A stretch of DNA of 62,776 nucleotides, the filler included, from Dirinaria sp. TL-2023a (lineage: Eukaryota), in assembly GCA_051941275.1 (NCBI GenBank). It is 35 parts of 35 records of this genome, joined end to end, with 100 filler letters (N's around TTAATTAATTAA, not from the genome) between each part and the next. Parts side by side here need not be neighbours in the genome. Positions count along the whole stretch, not along the records: positions 1 to 1,734 come from JAVEBF010002565.1; positions 1,835 to 3,565 come from JAVEBF010002566.1; positions 3,666 to 5,396 come from JAVEBF010002567.1; positions 5,497 to 7,226 come from JAVEBF010002568.1; positions 7,327 to 9,051 come from JAVEBF010002569.1; positions 9,152 to 10,876 come from JAVEBF010002570.1; positions 10,977 to 12,699 come from JAVEBF010002571.1; 28 more parts are not named here. One strand, given 5' to 3'. A program made the translations under genes and the position numbers. How positions within the stretch are numbered: position 1 is the stretch's first letter; each line of letters starts with the position of its first letter. The notes below the pieces were generated by a model that searched no databases, was not told the origin of the DNA, and was given only the letters and a program-made list of their open reading frames with translations. Shown one piece after another: positions 1 to 12,564 of this stretch.

Positions 1-1734
1 TTCTCCCTCCTCCCCCACGCACATTAACAGCTATCCCCCTTTCCAACCATAAAAATCTTATCCTTTGGCCCTGGGCCATATCGCTATAGTTAAAACCTCA
101 CTCAAAAAATCAAGGATCCGCGAGACACTATAAGAGACAGAGGGGAAAGCCGTTTTTGGAAAGATAATGTAAGACAGCTTGTATTAAAATCGCACGAGGA
201 AATTTCTACTTTGTTTTCATCCCTGCTTCATAACAGAAGAAAGAATGATAGTTATTTTAGCTCTCTCATCGTCTTTACAAATTTCTTCAAAAACATTGAA
301 CTAGAAGGGAGAGGCGTGGTTTTCGGTACCGTGAGGGGTTTTGATGATTTGTGACGTTTAGTGGGGGGTTCTTGTTATAGGAAAGGGACAGATTTTTTGG
401 ATCTTGTTGTTGTGGATCTAGTTTGAAGTATGCATTCATGATAGATATATTTATCTGTACGTACGGGCAGTGGAAAGGTCTCTCTTTTCTTTAGTATTTG
501 ATTCAAATTGATAGCGGAAAAAGAGAGAAAAGTTTGGGGGAGGGGGGAAAGAAATGAGAAAGGATGCAACTGTAAAGATTTCAGAAACTTATTCCCGCTC
601 ACTCGCTCGAAGTTGTGTTTCAAGTAAGCCCCACCAATTTATTCTTATCTGAAAAAAAAAAAAAAAAAAAAAGGGGTTTGAATCATCAAAGTCTGACGAG
701 CGGTAATTGATAATTTACCTCGCCGATCCAACAACGATGCACAATTCATCATAACCATTTGTCAATCATCAAGATTACTTCCTAATTACTGCCGGCTTTA
801 GATCCCAGGGGAAAAAAATCATGTGCTCAGGAAGCTACGAAAACATGACATGAGGTATCTTACGAAAGAAACGGCGGCAGGGAGAGTTTCAATTTATTTG
901 ACTCAGAAAACAGTATACTTTTTCTCCTCCGTTAACTGGTAGCACGTTGCGCACCTATATAGAATCAATTGAGCTTTTTGAGTCTTTTTGAGTCTTTCTT
1001 TTTTCCCCCCAGGACTCGTTGCTAGTTAAGAGTGTAATACTCTACTTTGTACCCACTCCCTCGACTGAGATGAGAAGATGTCTCCTTCTCCCACCTCCCC
1101 TTTTTTTTTCGATCCCCTAAAACAAATCTATGATACCAAATTCGCTTGCGCTTGCTGACGGAAGAATTATCCCTTCAATTGAATTGGGATGGAAATGATG
1201 GAATCAAGAATTCGAAATCAACATGGTTTATTCTCGCTCTAATCGAGAAATGGATACGATAGATATTTGTTTGCTCATGTAATGTCTCTTTTTTTTCCTT
1301 TCCTTTTCCTTTTCCCCCTTAAAAACAGATAGCTTCCTCAATGAACGAGCTAAATGAATAAATTTCAAACCAAAAAAAAGAAAAAAAGGAACCTTCAAAT
1401 CTCATCGAGACAGTGTCATAAATGCTTGGGTGTAATTCTTGTTCGGCTTGGATGCAGAGACTGTGGAGATTCGATACGTCGCGCGCTTAAAGAGAGATCT
1501 TTCTTTCGTCAAGAATTATAAGGATGATTAGTTAGTGCTATTTTCGAATTGAAGATACAACGAGGAAGTCAATTGTTTCAAATCCAGGTGGGAATTTTTT
1601 CCGAGAGAGGAGGGTATGCTGTGAGAGATCTTCGCCTCTGTCCTCTTTATCATGGATACGTATTCGTAAAATGCACAATGCTTTTTCTCTTTTCGATATT
1701 TCGCTTCTTCCATAAACCGCCCCCTCACCGCCCC

Positions 1735-1834
1735 NNNNNNNNNNNNNNNNNNNNNNNNNNNNNNNNNNNNNNNNNNNNTTAATTAATTAANNNNNNNNNN
1801 NNNNNNNNNNNNNNNNNNNNNNNNNNNNNNNNNN
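1735..1834. other. Artificial contig-joining spacer N44-TTAATTAATTAA-N44 (first of 34; the last is 61025-61124)
   Basis: An identical 100-nt cassette recurs every ~1.75-1.83 kb. The 12-mer gives stops in all six frames, and intervening contig lengths never increase (1731, 1731, 1730, 1725 ... 1652). Confidence 0.99.
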
Positions 1835-2423
1835 CGAATCCTCCAGTATGACATCTTGACTCGTCTCTGCACCTTCAACTTTCTTCTCTACGAGCTCGAG
1901 CTTCGGAGCCATCTCCAGCCCCTCTTTCAGGGTCTCCTCTGCTTTTGATCTGAATTTGTTGGACGATAGCAACATTAAAGGTTCGCTATTGTCGATTATG
2001 TATCGGAGCTCGCTAGCTGGGAAGCCGGACGAGAGTGGGACAGCGATAGCATTGCTACCTAAGATTGACAGAAGAGTCACTAGGCTGGTTAGCTGCTACG
2101 CATTGTGCCTAAGGTAAGCATGTCGCACCTACATAATCATAACCATTCTCTACCAGAAAGGCGCATCTTTGCCCTTGTAGCGGCTGCGAGCCAGCGGCCA
2201 GGAGCAGCTTGTGCTTCGCAATAGCGACATCCTGGAGCAAGCTCCCGTAGGCAAAGCTCCGTCCGGACAGGGAATGTACGACGGCAATGCTCTCCGGGTC
2301 ATGATGTGCAATTGCCTCGAATAAAGGAAGTTTGGGGAGAGTCGAAGCCATTCTGCAGCAACGCACAGTGGGGGGAAGTAAAGAAGTAAGCTTTGAGATG
2401 CGCCTGACGCGCTGAAGGAACAT
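1835..2423 (-). CDS. AMP-binding acyl-CoA synthetase (ACSF3/malonyl-CoA synthetase-like), 5' part; exons 2423-2129 and 2079-<1835
   Basis: Reads MFLQRVRRISK...MASTLPKLPLFEAI...QRCAFLVENGYDYV|VTLLSILGSNAIAVPLSSGFPASELRYIIDNSEP, a typical N-terminus of this fungal family. A 49-nt GT..CTAAC..AG intron (2080-2128) joins two track ORFs in frame. Truncated by the contig end. Confidence 0.85.
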
Positions 2424-2775
2424 GCTGTAACTCAACCGAATCGACAGCCATCGCCCAACGGATGCAGCTGCACACGAAGTCTGTCGGGGAGCGAAGAAAC
2501 CTCAGGTAAGCAACCATCATGGTTTAGGGTTGTGACGTAGCCTCGGCCGTGTCGAAGCTGTTAGGGTTCGGTTCGGTCCGGCAGCTGGAGTCGGGCAGAG
2601 TCAACCGAGCAGACTGTAAAGTTGCTTTTTAACATGGCCACTTCATCATGTTTGATGAAGCATTGAAGTTGAAGGCTGGTGCTAGTAACTCATTCAAGAA
2701 CAAGAATTCATCAATATCAGGCAACCCACCACTCCGGCAAAATAATCACCCAAGGAATCAATTCCTCCATACTCG

Positions 2776-3239
2776 ATGCTCCGGACGCTAGCAATCGGCT
2801 CAAGAAGATTGCTGTCGACCATGTCACAAACACCCATAGAAGACGCTGTCCGCTCGAAAGTAAACCCCAATGCCTATCCGCCTCCTTCTCCTGGTCTGTG
2901 GACGCTCCGACTAACACTTGCCAGATTACGTCCTCACTCTCCCCTTCTCTGATCGAAATCTACAATGACTCACACCTCCACGCCCACCACAAAGCCATGC
3001 AAGGTAGCGTCTCGAGAGAAACCCATTTCCGGCTCGTCGTCGTCTCGGACGCGTTCCAGGGTAAGCTGCAGCCCGCGAGACATCGGATGGTATATGCGCT
3101 GCTGAGGGAAGAGCTGGATGCCGAGGGAGGCATCCATGCATTGCAATTGAAAACGCAGACGGTTTCTGAGAGGCAGAAGGCGGAGGAGCGGGAGAGGCAG
3201 GAGCAAGGCGACCAAATCGCAGATGTTGAGAGCCGCTGA
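2776..3239 (+). CDS. BolA-family protein (BOLA1/Uvi31-like), 132 aa; exons 2776-2859 and 2925-3239
   Basis: Reads MLRTLAIGSRRLLSTMSQTPIEDAVRSK|ITSSLSPSLIEIYNDSHLHAHH...ETHFRLVVVSDAFQGK...RHRMVYALLREEL...GIHALQLKT. Intron GTAAAC..CTAAC..CAG at 2860-2924. Confidence 0.93.
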
Positions 3240-5730
3240 GCTTCAGGGTCAATAGGCCCCGATACTGGATCTGTACGCCAGTTTTCAGCTATTAGTACTA
3301 CTTGTCACGCTCTTCCCAGAATATGGGCTGGCCAGAAGCAGCGACATATTCCTCCCCGAATTGAGATGGGAAGACCTGGTCGCTGAGCGCAGAGGAAGAA
3401 TACCAGTGAGCGTCAGGAAGGTGCACTTGCGTGTGCAGCTTTCGTCATCGGGAAAGGTACATGATCTTCTATTTTCTCATCTTCCACCAGGACCCTGCTT
3501 ACTCGTGCTTACGCCCCACAGGTACCTTGAACGCGAGTTCCTCACTCAATTCAGGGTCATGATGGNNNNNNNNNNNNNNNNNNNNNNNNNNNNNNNNNNN
3601 NNNNNNNNNTTAATTAATTAANNNNNNNNNNNNNNNNNNNNNNNNNNNNNNNNNNNNNNNNNNNNATACAAAATCTTGCATAATGCACCACATATTGTCA
3701 ACGGGATTTTGTCACTGAGTGTAAGTTTCAGTGTCTGCTCCTCCACCGTGCAATCATTTGCGGAGCAGGAGTCACCGGCGATAATAATAATGGCATGTGG
3801 GGAACACAACAATTGCCGGCTCGCGTACCAACGGCAGATCGCCTTCTAGTAGTCGATGTTGGGGGGTCGTGAAAGCTCCCTATTTGTCAAAGTCGACGGA
3901 TCCACCTCCATTCATCCTGGCTTCTCCTTAGGAGATGGGCACCCATCCTGGCTTTCGCCTGGGAGAGGGTCTTGATCGAGCACCGGTGGAGGCACTAAAA
4001 ACGGAAAGAAGCCAGTTGACTGCGTTCGGGTTGCGCTTCCTATGTGCCGGCCCGGCAGCGGAGCTTTTCGCCCTGAGGGCTGAGGATAGTGTGTAGTAGT
4101 AGGTAGAGATCCATTGTTGCTGGCCGTGCGCAACTTGCGCAGGAGCGCAGGTGTCGAGTGACACTGGCAGCGCTCTGCACATCATCAGTCTACCGCAAAT
4201 GCCTCACGCTATTATTTATATCTATATTCGAGGAGTGAACTCATAAGACTGAAACCGTGTGACAGACAGTGTTCTCTCTTCAATAACATCATCTCTATTG
4301 AAATCTTACGAAGGTAGGGTTGCTGGTGGTGCACCATTGCATAATGGCCCTATGTCACCCACGAAAGGATCAGCAGTGTGCGCTGATGGTAAGCTGAGCT
4401 TACGGCGGATCAAATCCTGTAGCGTGTCGCAATGAAAAGGAACGGAGTATGAACGTCGTAATGAAAACCGAACATTGTTGCCCCCAATTGATTTGGCTTC
4501 AATTGACTCTACTTCATTACGAAATGCGATAGCATGCACAAGATAGCAGGGGAAGACCTAGTCCAACGACGATCCAGCCAACAAACTCACGAGCTTCCTA
4601 AAAGGCGAACGACCATCCATCAGACTCGAGAGCATCAGCGGCAGCTCCCACCTTCGCCGCATGGCCGCGTTCCGTACACCAACTCACGTAGGTAAGGTAG
4701 GTACTGTGGGTAGGGCTCAATCACGCCTCCCTGACGCCTTAGCGGGACGTGGAAGTGCGTTGACAGAAGGAATCATCTCGATTACGACCGTCACCGCCTT
4801 GTGATACTGGAGAATCCTCGAGGTAAAGAGGATCGGATGTCGCCTCGTTGCTTGGTGCGCAACGCATTGTCATCTTCCTTCGCTCCGCTGAGCCGGGTTA
4901 CACCACTGATGGAGGGATCATGACGGCGTTCAGAGGAGGGATTGAGTGTAACTGCATGATAGAGATCATCTGTTCCCTTTTCTCCCCCCATGGTCCCCCA
5001 TGGGTCGCTGCTGTTCGCGCTGAGCATGTTTGCTTGTGAGCTGGGAGCTGTGAGCTGTGCCCAGCGTGTCGCCTGAAGACTTTTCTACACCCGCCTGCGG
5101 ACTATCACACGTCGTATGCAAGTCTAGCTGCAGACTATTGTGCAGTCCTCATAAGGCCACCACCACCGTATGTATGTGAACATCCTTCGTGCCGTTTCTG
5201 CATCAGATTTTAAAAAGGAGCGACAGTCCCCCACCTGTCGCTTTCCATCCCTCTACCCTTACTCCTTTTTTTCTTCCCGCACCTTAGGGATGATAGGGCT
5301 GTGCGTGTTTTGTGGGCGAGCCTTTGTTTTTTCTTAGGAACAGGGGGGAGACAAAGCCGCTTGTACCTTCTCTACACGGGAGCCGGGGGGGTGGGGNNNN
5401 NNNNNNNNNNNNNNNNNNNNNNNNNNNNNNNNNNNNNNNNTTAATTAATTAANNNNNNNNNNNNNNNNNNNNNNNNNNNNNNNNNNNNNNNNNNNNTATG
5501 AGCTCAGATACTTCAGAAAATGAAAATGATGTAGTTGTAAAAAACAAAATGAAATTCAAAATCACGAACGATTTATTTAATTTTTCATTGACGTCAAAAA
5601 GAAAGATAAATTCAAGAAATGAATTCTTAATTGATACAAATCCTACCATACTGTGAACAAACACCCATTGCCTTCCTCTAGAATCCTACACATTTTACCC
5701 TCCACCAACTCTTATCGCATCCCAGTAGTT

Positions 5731-6504
5731 TTAGCTCTGAGCGCCACCTACTGACCGTTTGGCTTTAAACCTGTGCTCTATCTCCACGATCATCTTCTCC
5801 ACCCTCCGCATCTCTTCCGTCCTCCCCTCAAGCTGGAACATGAGACCCACACCCCACAGCCATCCCAGGACGTGTGTAACTGCTTCATAGAACCTTGTCG
5901 GCTCGGGCCAGGGTTTTAGTACGGTTTGCAGATGTTTGGCTAGATCTGGGTCGAGTGGGCCACTTTGCGCTGAGGAGGATGCTGCAGCAGTCGATCGCAG
6001 GTTGTGCGAGGGATTTGGTGGTGCCGTGGTGCTGGAAGCAGTGTGGGAAGCGAGAAGGGTTTCGAGACGGGCATAGGTACGGTCTTGGAGAAAGGGGGAA
6101 AGCCAGGGTACTTTGTGGGTTTTGTTGTGGTCTGTAAAAATTTTGTTAGAAATTTGGATCGTGAGGAAAAGAAATGGAGTTTTGCGGCAAGTGTGAATGG
6201 GGATGAAGGTGGCATTGTAGTCAGGAATTGGATAGAGTAGAATGCGAAAAATTCTATAGACAGAAAATAGAGCGTCTATTGGACAGCGATAGAGGCTTGA
6301 CTTACGGTGCATAGTCAAAAGCATATCCGGCTCCCATACATCATCACCTAGTCTTAAGAAGATGGCTTCATATCCTAGGTTAGGTGTCTTGACCAGAAAA
6401 GCGCAAGCAGAGCTTCGAAGCATATAGCACTTTAGGACTGATTTGTCCTTGACAACCTCAACAGGAAAGGATGGAGGGAAAGGAGGGGTATTAGGAGAAG
6501 CCAT
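5731..6504 (-). CDS. Hypothetical protein (257-aa ORF; the true gene may be spliced)
   Basis: Long ATG-initiated ORF with a TATA-like TATATATA at ~6611. It contains internal GTAAGT and CTAAC..CAG motifs, so the exon structure is uncertain. No family recognised. Confidence 0.5.
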   Translation of the reverse strand: MASPNTPPFPPSFPVEVVKDKSVLKCYMLRSSACAFLVKTPNLGYEAIFLRLGDDVWEPDMLLTMHRKSSLYRCPIDALFSVYRIFRILLYPIPDYNATFIPIHTCRKTPFLFLTIQISNKIFTDHNKTHKVPWLSPFLQDRTYARLETLLASHTASSTTAPPNPSHNLRSTAAASSSAQSGPLDPDLAKHLQTVLKPWPEPTRFYEAVTHVLGWLWGVGLMFQLEGRTEEMRRVEKMIVEIEHRFKAKRSVGGAQS

Positions 6505-9473
6505 GCTTTTCCGAAGGGCGTTATGCTGACTTTGAACAGGACCAAGAAGTCGTCTTCGATGATCACTTGAGCAGGAACTTGGATGGGCCAGTAGACTAGA
6601 GTACGGCTAGTATATATAGTCTAGCTCTTGAGATATTGTGGTGCCGTAGCTGGAACATAGTTTGGAGTCGTGAAGAGATGATGTGATGGACGACTTTTGT
6701 GACGTGTAAGTACATCAACACTACCACAGATACACCCGAGTGTTGACCTAAGGGTGTAAATTTACCTAATCAGAGTCTTTGGGAACAACATCGCCATTTT
6801 TCGGATGCTTTGAAAGGGTGTGTCCGGAATGTACCGGTCTGCTCTTAAAGTGCTCTACTGGTAGCGTAGTGGATGTTAAAAAGAGATGCAGTGGGGGCTT
6901 TTATTGAAAATGCTTGATTTGATAACGTTTAAGGACTGAAAAAGTATCTATGAGCATAACCCGGATTTATATTGTCACCTGAAGTTTGCTTACATGATTG
7001 CCACGCTGACAAGCATGAGGAAAGAAATCAAAGAGATACTATCGAGATTTTTTTAGTATATCCGCGCCCGCACCCACCAAGTCAACCATCTACATTCAAA
7101 TTATTATAACTCAACAACGCATTGCCCAATTGCTTTCCAAATTCATATATATATAATTTGAAGCCTGATTATCAATATCTAGCTATGAAAATTGTTGTCG
7201 CCTTTCGCATTGCGACACCGTTCTAGNNNNNNNNNNNNNNNNNNNNNNNNNNNNNNNNNNNNNNNNNNNNTTAATTAATTAANNNNNNNNNNNNNNNNNN
7301 NNNNNNNNNNNNNNNNNNNNNNNNNNGGGGAAGGACGGAGGAGGAGTGGAGAAATGACTGGGCTAAGGTAGGGGCTTCAAAGTATCTTACAAATTTTCTG
7401 CAGCTGGGTCGAATATAAGTCTTGTAATATGTAGATAAGGTAAGTAGGGTGTAAGAAATGCAGAAATCTGGTTTTTCTTAGCCTGTCGTGTATGGCAAAG
7501 TCGTGCAAATGCATACGATATCCAGGGAAAGGATTCTGGTCAAGAAGGACGGGAGAGATTCAAAAGGAATGTTTTTTTATTTATATTTATATGTATATAT
7601 ATATATATTGTAATTAGAAACCCTTTTCCAAAGGGATCTTCCGATGATGGTGCAGAGGGCTGCTCGAGATACCAGGGATTAAAACCCCGCTAGTCCCTGA
7701 GTGCTGGCGCTGATGTGCAGTCGGGGTTCCTTTTTGATATTTTTGGCAAAAGGTTGTAGGTTCGAACCGCTCACTGACGACACCCACCATTCTTTCCTCC
7801 TTTTTTTTTCTCCCTTTTTTTTCTCCTTTTTTTTCTCCTTTTTTTTCTTCTTTTTTTTTCGCCGCTTGACTTTTCACATGATTTGTTTGTGCGCGTGATT
7901 ATGGATTTTATCTTTGATCACTTGATTTAAAATAGTCTGTAGATTTGAGAAGACGAGGGGAAGGGAGGCGAGATGAACGACGAGACGATTGGTTTTGCAA
8001 ACTGTTACCATCGCACCGTTTTCTTGCCGAGCATTTATTCTGAGCATCTTATATTATTTGTTTTTGTTTTCTCTCCCTCTTCGAACTAGAACCAGCAACT
8101 CTGGTTTTGGACCTCCGGTATGGTATAGTGCTGGGATAAGGTATGATATAGTGGCTACAGGCAATATTCTGAGTATTCAGATTTTCCCCCTTCGGAGGTG
8201 TAGTTGGTTTATCTGAGGAATTGGATGGATGCTGATGTATCTTAGGCTTGTCTTGGAGATATTATACATTGGTGTTTATCCAAATACGATGTATCAACGC
8301 TTGTAAGGCCCTCCGAGCTTGCTGTATATCTCGAGGACCTGGATTTCCCCCCGGACCCCTTCAAGGCACATTTTTCACAACGGATGACGACTATATATCC
8401 CCCAAATCATGATGTATTAGGTCACTTCCTAACCTCCCCACAAAAAAATTCTCAAGGAAAGATCAGACATTTCCAAAGTGGGAAAAAAAGTTTTTTGCTT
8501 TGAAATGATGCCGTTCAAGTTGGGCCCCGCAGTTTTCGCTCCGCCAAAAAAAATTATCTTTAGCCAAAGTTTTTGATTTTTCGTAAATTCGCTTCGAGGA
8601 TTTTGTTCTAGTCGGACTAGAATTTTGGAGTGAGTGAAGACGGGTTTAATTACCTTATGATTCATCCGCGGCTATTACACGCTTTCGGAATTTTTGGTTG
8701 TGTCTCGTTGACGGTTGTCGACTTCCTAGTTAGCAAAGCTGAGTCAGAGAGGGTGAGAGGACTTCTATTCCTCTCTTCCCTTTATTGAGTGAAGATGTTT
8801 GAGACTAATATCTTATGTTCCTGGTAGGAAATGAGGAAAAGATAAAAGAATACGGCTTCGATATTGTGTATCGAGACCAGGCGCTTCTTTTTTTTTCGAG
8901 AATCTTTTCGATTGACAACAAGATGAGTTTTCTCAAGAAAGTCGTTTTCAGCCTTGCGAATGGCTTTTGTCGGTTCTTCCCCTTTTCCACCTTTTCCCCC
9001 CGTAAAAAAAAAGAAGGAAAAAAAAAAGGAAAGAAAGAAGAAGAAGAAAAANNNNNNNNNNNNNNNNNNNNNNNNNNNNNNNNNNNNNNNNNNNNTTAAT
9101 TAATTAANNNNNNNNNNNNNNNNNNNNNNNNNNNNNNNNNNNNNNNNNNNNGGTGTGACATTAGGAAGGGGGGGTGAACGTAGCGGGAGCCTAATTCAAA
9201 CCCGGCTTTGTGTAAAGAGGGTTAGTGCGGCTCTTGTCACGTGACTTTGTCTACCGACAAAAAAAAGGGGGGGCGAGCCTTGGAGACCTTGAAGTCTCCC
9301 AAAGCTCGCCCCCAAAAAACCAAGCCCCGGAGAGCACATACATAAGCTCCAAAGAGCACAATGTGTCCACTACGAAGAGTGCAAGCCCAATACAGGCACA
9401 ATGGACCAAAGGTCCCAAGCTTCCCCTATGAAGCCTCTGTCACTTGCAATAACGCAGGCGACGTGTTCGCCGT

Positions 9474-10579
9474 CTAAACGACGACCATGAAGGGAGGTAA
9501 GGACAGGTACTGCTCAAGTCCGAGCAACTTAGCTGCAGCCCGGAGATCATCGCACAATTCATTCCATAAGGGAACAGTGCTCTGGCTGCGCTGGGTGCTT
9601 GATCTGACGCGGCGACCAAGATTTTGACTGGTCCAGTCCTTGCGGCAACAAAGCAAGATGAAAGCGTTTGCACGGGCGATCCATGCAATACTTTCCCTTG
9701 CGTTCCGGGATCCTGTGGGCATCCGGAACTCGATGGTCTTACGATCATCAAGAATTGGTTGGAAATTCCAGCAATATTCTCGATCAGGCGATGCAGCCTT
9801 TGCCAGCGCCGATTCTGTCTGAAAACGATCAACAAAATCAAAAAGCAAATCAATCTCACCATCAGCGACGAGATCAGGAATATCGTCGACTCGCCCGTAC
9901 CGTCTCTGCCGTATTGCAGAGATTGATGGGGCGGCCGTATTTCTTTTCGCCCATTGAGTCTTCAAGAATCCAAAGAAGTTAATGACATCGTTGTAGTAGA
10001 GTATACCTTTCCAGATCGCCTTTAGATCTTGTGTGGAAAACTCTGCCCCTTTTCTTCCAACGTGAACGTGTGTTGCACAGGAGATATGAGGGCTGATGTC
10101 AAACCTTGTCAGGAGAGTGCTCCAAAATTTCTCTAGCTGTATTATCCAATCTTGATTGATGCTTGTGAGCACCGGAGAGATGAATTCTACAGCATCTATT
10201 GGAAGGCAAGGTTAGCCTCTTCTCTTCAAGTCTACAGTTCTTTCTTACAGTAGCGCATGAGCGCAAGATCGTATACATTCTCCACGATTGAGGGATCATG
10301 TATAATGTTCCACTTTGTGTAGTCCATCACTGTCTCTAAATTCTCGTCGACAGAAGGCTCTACTGTCGCGCTGAACTCTTCACTCATACAGCGTGTCAGC
10401 CACTTATATAGAATTTCGCGATTCCCTTCTCTGCAATCATAAATATCTTGATGAGAACCGTCATCCTCGCAATATCCCCAGATCCCAACGAGGTCCGGGA
10501 CTAAAAGGTCAGCAGAAGGCTTGACACGCAATTCAAGCTCAATGCCGAACGAGTATACTGGCACCTGAGCACCAGCCAT
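9474..10579 (-). CDS. Putative amidoligase-family enzyme (COOH-NH2 ligase fold); exons 10579-10249 and 10195-9474
   Basis: Motifs SFGIELEL, WNIIHDPSI, VEFISPVL, CATHVHVG and KTIEFRMPTGS occur in the family order. A 53-nt intron GTAAGA..CTAAC..TAG (10196-10248) joins the two track ORFs. Confidence 0.85.
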
Positions 10580-10976
10580 TATCTCTATCGCTATGTTAGC
10601 GTTACAGTCAATTATCTCTAACGCACCCAATTCTAAACAATTCTGATGATATCGATGACGATGAGTGTAAGCCCAGACAATGGATGATGAAGAGAAGACG
10701 AGAGGGTCGGAACATGATAGAAACTTTTCCTATCTGCATTCCGCAAATTAGGCAAGAACCACCAACGCAGTTTCCGATTTCGAAATGTTAGACACGCCAC
10801 TAGAGTAGAACATATATGTTCTGCCTCTCTTGCTTCTCATCTCTCTTCTTCCTTTGCCCAACAATCGCTGTTGAATNNNNNNNNNNNNNNNNNNNNNNNN
10901 NNNNNNNNNNNNNNNNNNNNTTAATTAATTAANNNNNNNNNNNNNNNNNNNNNNNNNNNNNNNNNNNNNNNNNNNN

Positions 10977-11116
10977 CGCTAGGCCTGATAAGGCAAAACC
11001 AAACCACCTCTAACAAAACACCTGGTATAGGCCAAACCACATACCAAGGACCTTCCTTCAGGGTCCAGGGAGTCATGTGACCTGACCTAAGGTGCTACAG
11101 GTCTAGGTTCATGACA
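10977..11116. mobile_element. Partial LTR ending ...TTCATGACA, abutting a decayed LINE
   Basis: GG/CC-retaining segment ending in a CA terminus like other LTRs in the window, with a sharp composition change at 11117. Confidence 0.55.
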
Positions 11117-11890
11117 AAACTCTTCAGTATAAATTTGATTTGTTCGCGTTGTGACTTTTTGTTGCTAGTGTCTCATTCTGAATAATTATTTTCGAAGACT
11201 TCGCTCATGATGTCGCGATATAAATCTGTCGTCGTGACGTAAACTTTTCACTCAATGTCTGACGTATTCATTTTCTTTTGAGCTCGAGTGACGTCGCTCT
11301 GAGCTTTGATCTACGATCTCTTCTAGAGCTTATGTCGCGTTTTATGCGTGTCATCGCTGCTTCGATCGTTTTTCTCGAGTTTCTTGCGTTCATGTTTATT
11401 ATTGATCTCTGAAGCAGTTTTTTGAGATGAATGTCGATGAGCGTCGTGTTGATCTCTATCTGTAATGTCTCTGTTAACGTCGTCTTATAAACGTCTGTGA
11501 TCTGACGAAACTCTCTGTCTTGTATAAAACGAAGCTTCGCATCGATCGTCTTTTTATAATCTTTGATATTCGTCGACGTGTATTAGACGACTGCTTCGTG
11601 ACTGATCGCTGAGCGCGACACTGCGAAGTATATGCGTTTGCTTGCTGTCATTGTCGAATCTCATGTGAAGTCGATAATTATCTATGTGACTTTGTATCTC
11701 ACGACGAGTTTCGTCTCAATCTTACGCAGATGTGATCTTCATCGCAGTTTTGAGTTCAACTACACTTCAAACACTCTGATGTCGAACTTGATTTTCATCT
11801 CGTTTTCATCTAATTTGATGCTGACGCTCATATTGAATCTTTTGAGAGTTCTCGAGAAGTGAATCAGTTCGTGCTTTCGTTTCGAAAATT
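11117..11890 (-). mobile_element. Hypermutated Tad1-like LINE ORF2 fragment (end of RT and downstream region)
   Basis: Minus strand reads ELIHFSRTLKRFNMSVSIKL...IRVFEV*LNSKLR*RSHLRKI...T*DST...AVV*YT...RQITDVYKTTLTETLQIE, matching LG(V)xLDxKLRW and ITGAYKATPTEAL motifs with Gly/Pro/Trp codons mutated. Confidence 0.85.
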
Positions 11891-12288
11891 TCGAGCCGTG
11901 TCTCTGTGCTTATTGTTTGCACTTGTCATATATCTCCTTCAACACATAACAGTGTCAGGGCCTGCACAGCGCTCAATGACATATGGGTACAAATAGACTA
12001 GGACACTATCTATAAGGAAGAAAAGGAAGGACCAGAAGAAGAAGAAGTATAGATACAGAAGGTGCAAGCAACAAATAGAGGGTCGGGTATGCGGATAAAC
12101 AAATATCAGGGTCCTTCGAGATTCTAAGGGTCCTTTAAGACAGGCACGTGATCACACATAGATGCTCTCAGATCAGATTCATGACATTACTCTCTCTCTT
12201 CAATTAGGAACGTCTCTGTTGCTGTCACCTCTTATAGATTGTCTAAACAAATCTTGACGATGTGTCTGTCGCGCAGAGCTTTAAGGGT

Positions 12289-12533
12289 GTCTGAAAAGAC
12301 CTTGACGATGTCATTGAAGCAGACTCACTATAGAGAATGTCTGAACAGATCTTGACGATGTCATTGAAGCAGACTCACTATAGAGGGTGTCTGAACAGGT
12401 CTTGACGATGTCATTGAAGCAGACTCACTATAAAGAGTGTCTGAACAGGCCTTGACGATGTCATTGAAGCAAACTCACTGTATGAGTTGCCTGAACAGGC
12501 CTTGACGATGTCATTGAAGCAGACTCACTGTAG
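12289..12533. repeat. 50-bp tandem repeat, about 5 copies
   Basis: CTTGACGATGTCATTGAAGCA(G/A)ACTCACT recurs at 12301, 12351, 12401, 12451 and 12501. Confidence 0.95.
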
Positions 12534-12564
12534 GACTTGATCATTGAAGGAGTCGTAAGTAATC

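Noticed and set aside
1779..1790. Regularly spaced TTAATTAATTAA as a biological repeat, CRISPR-like array or regulatory site
   Set aside because: Always centred in exactly 44+44 Ns; it is an assembly linker. ORFs ending in X or LIN are artefacts of it.
7614..9051. Lys- or Phe-rich short ORFs
   Set aside because: Translations of A/T homopolymer tracts in non-coding DNA.
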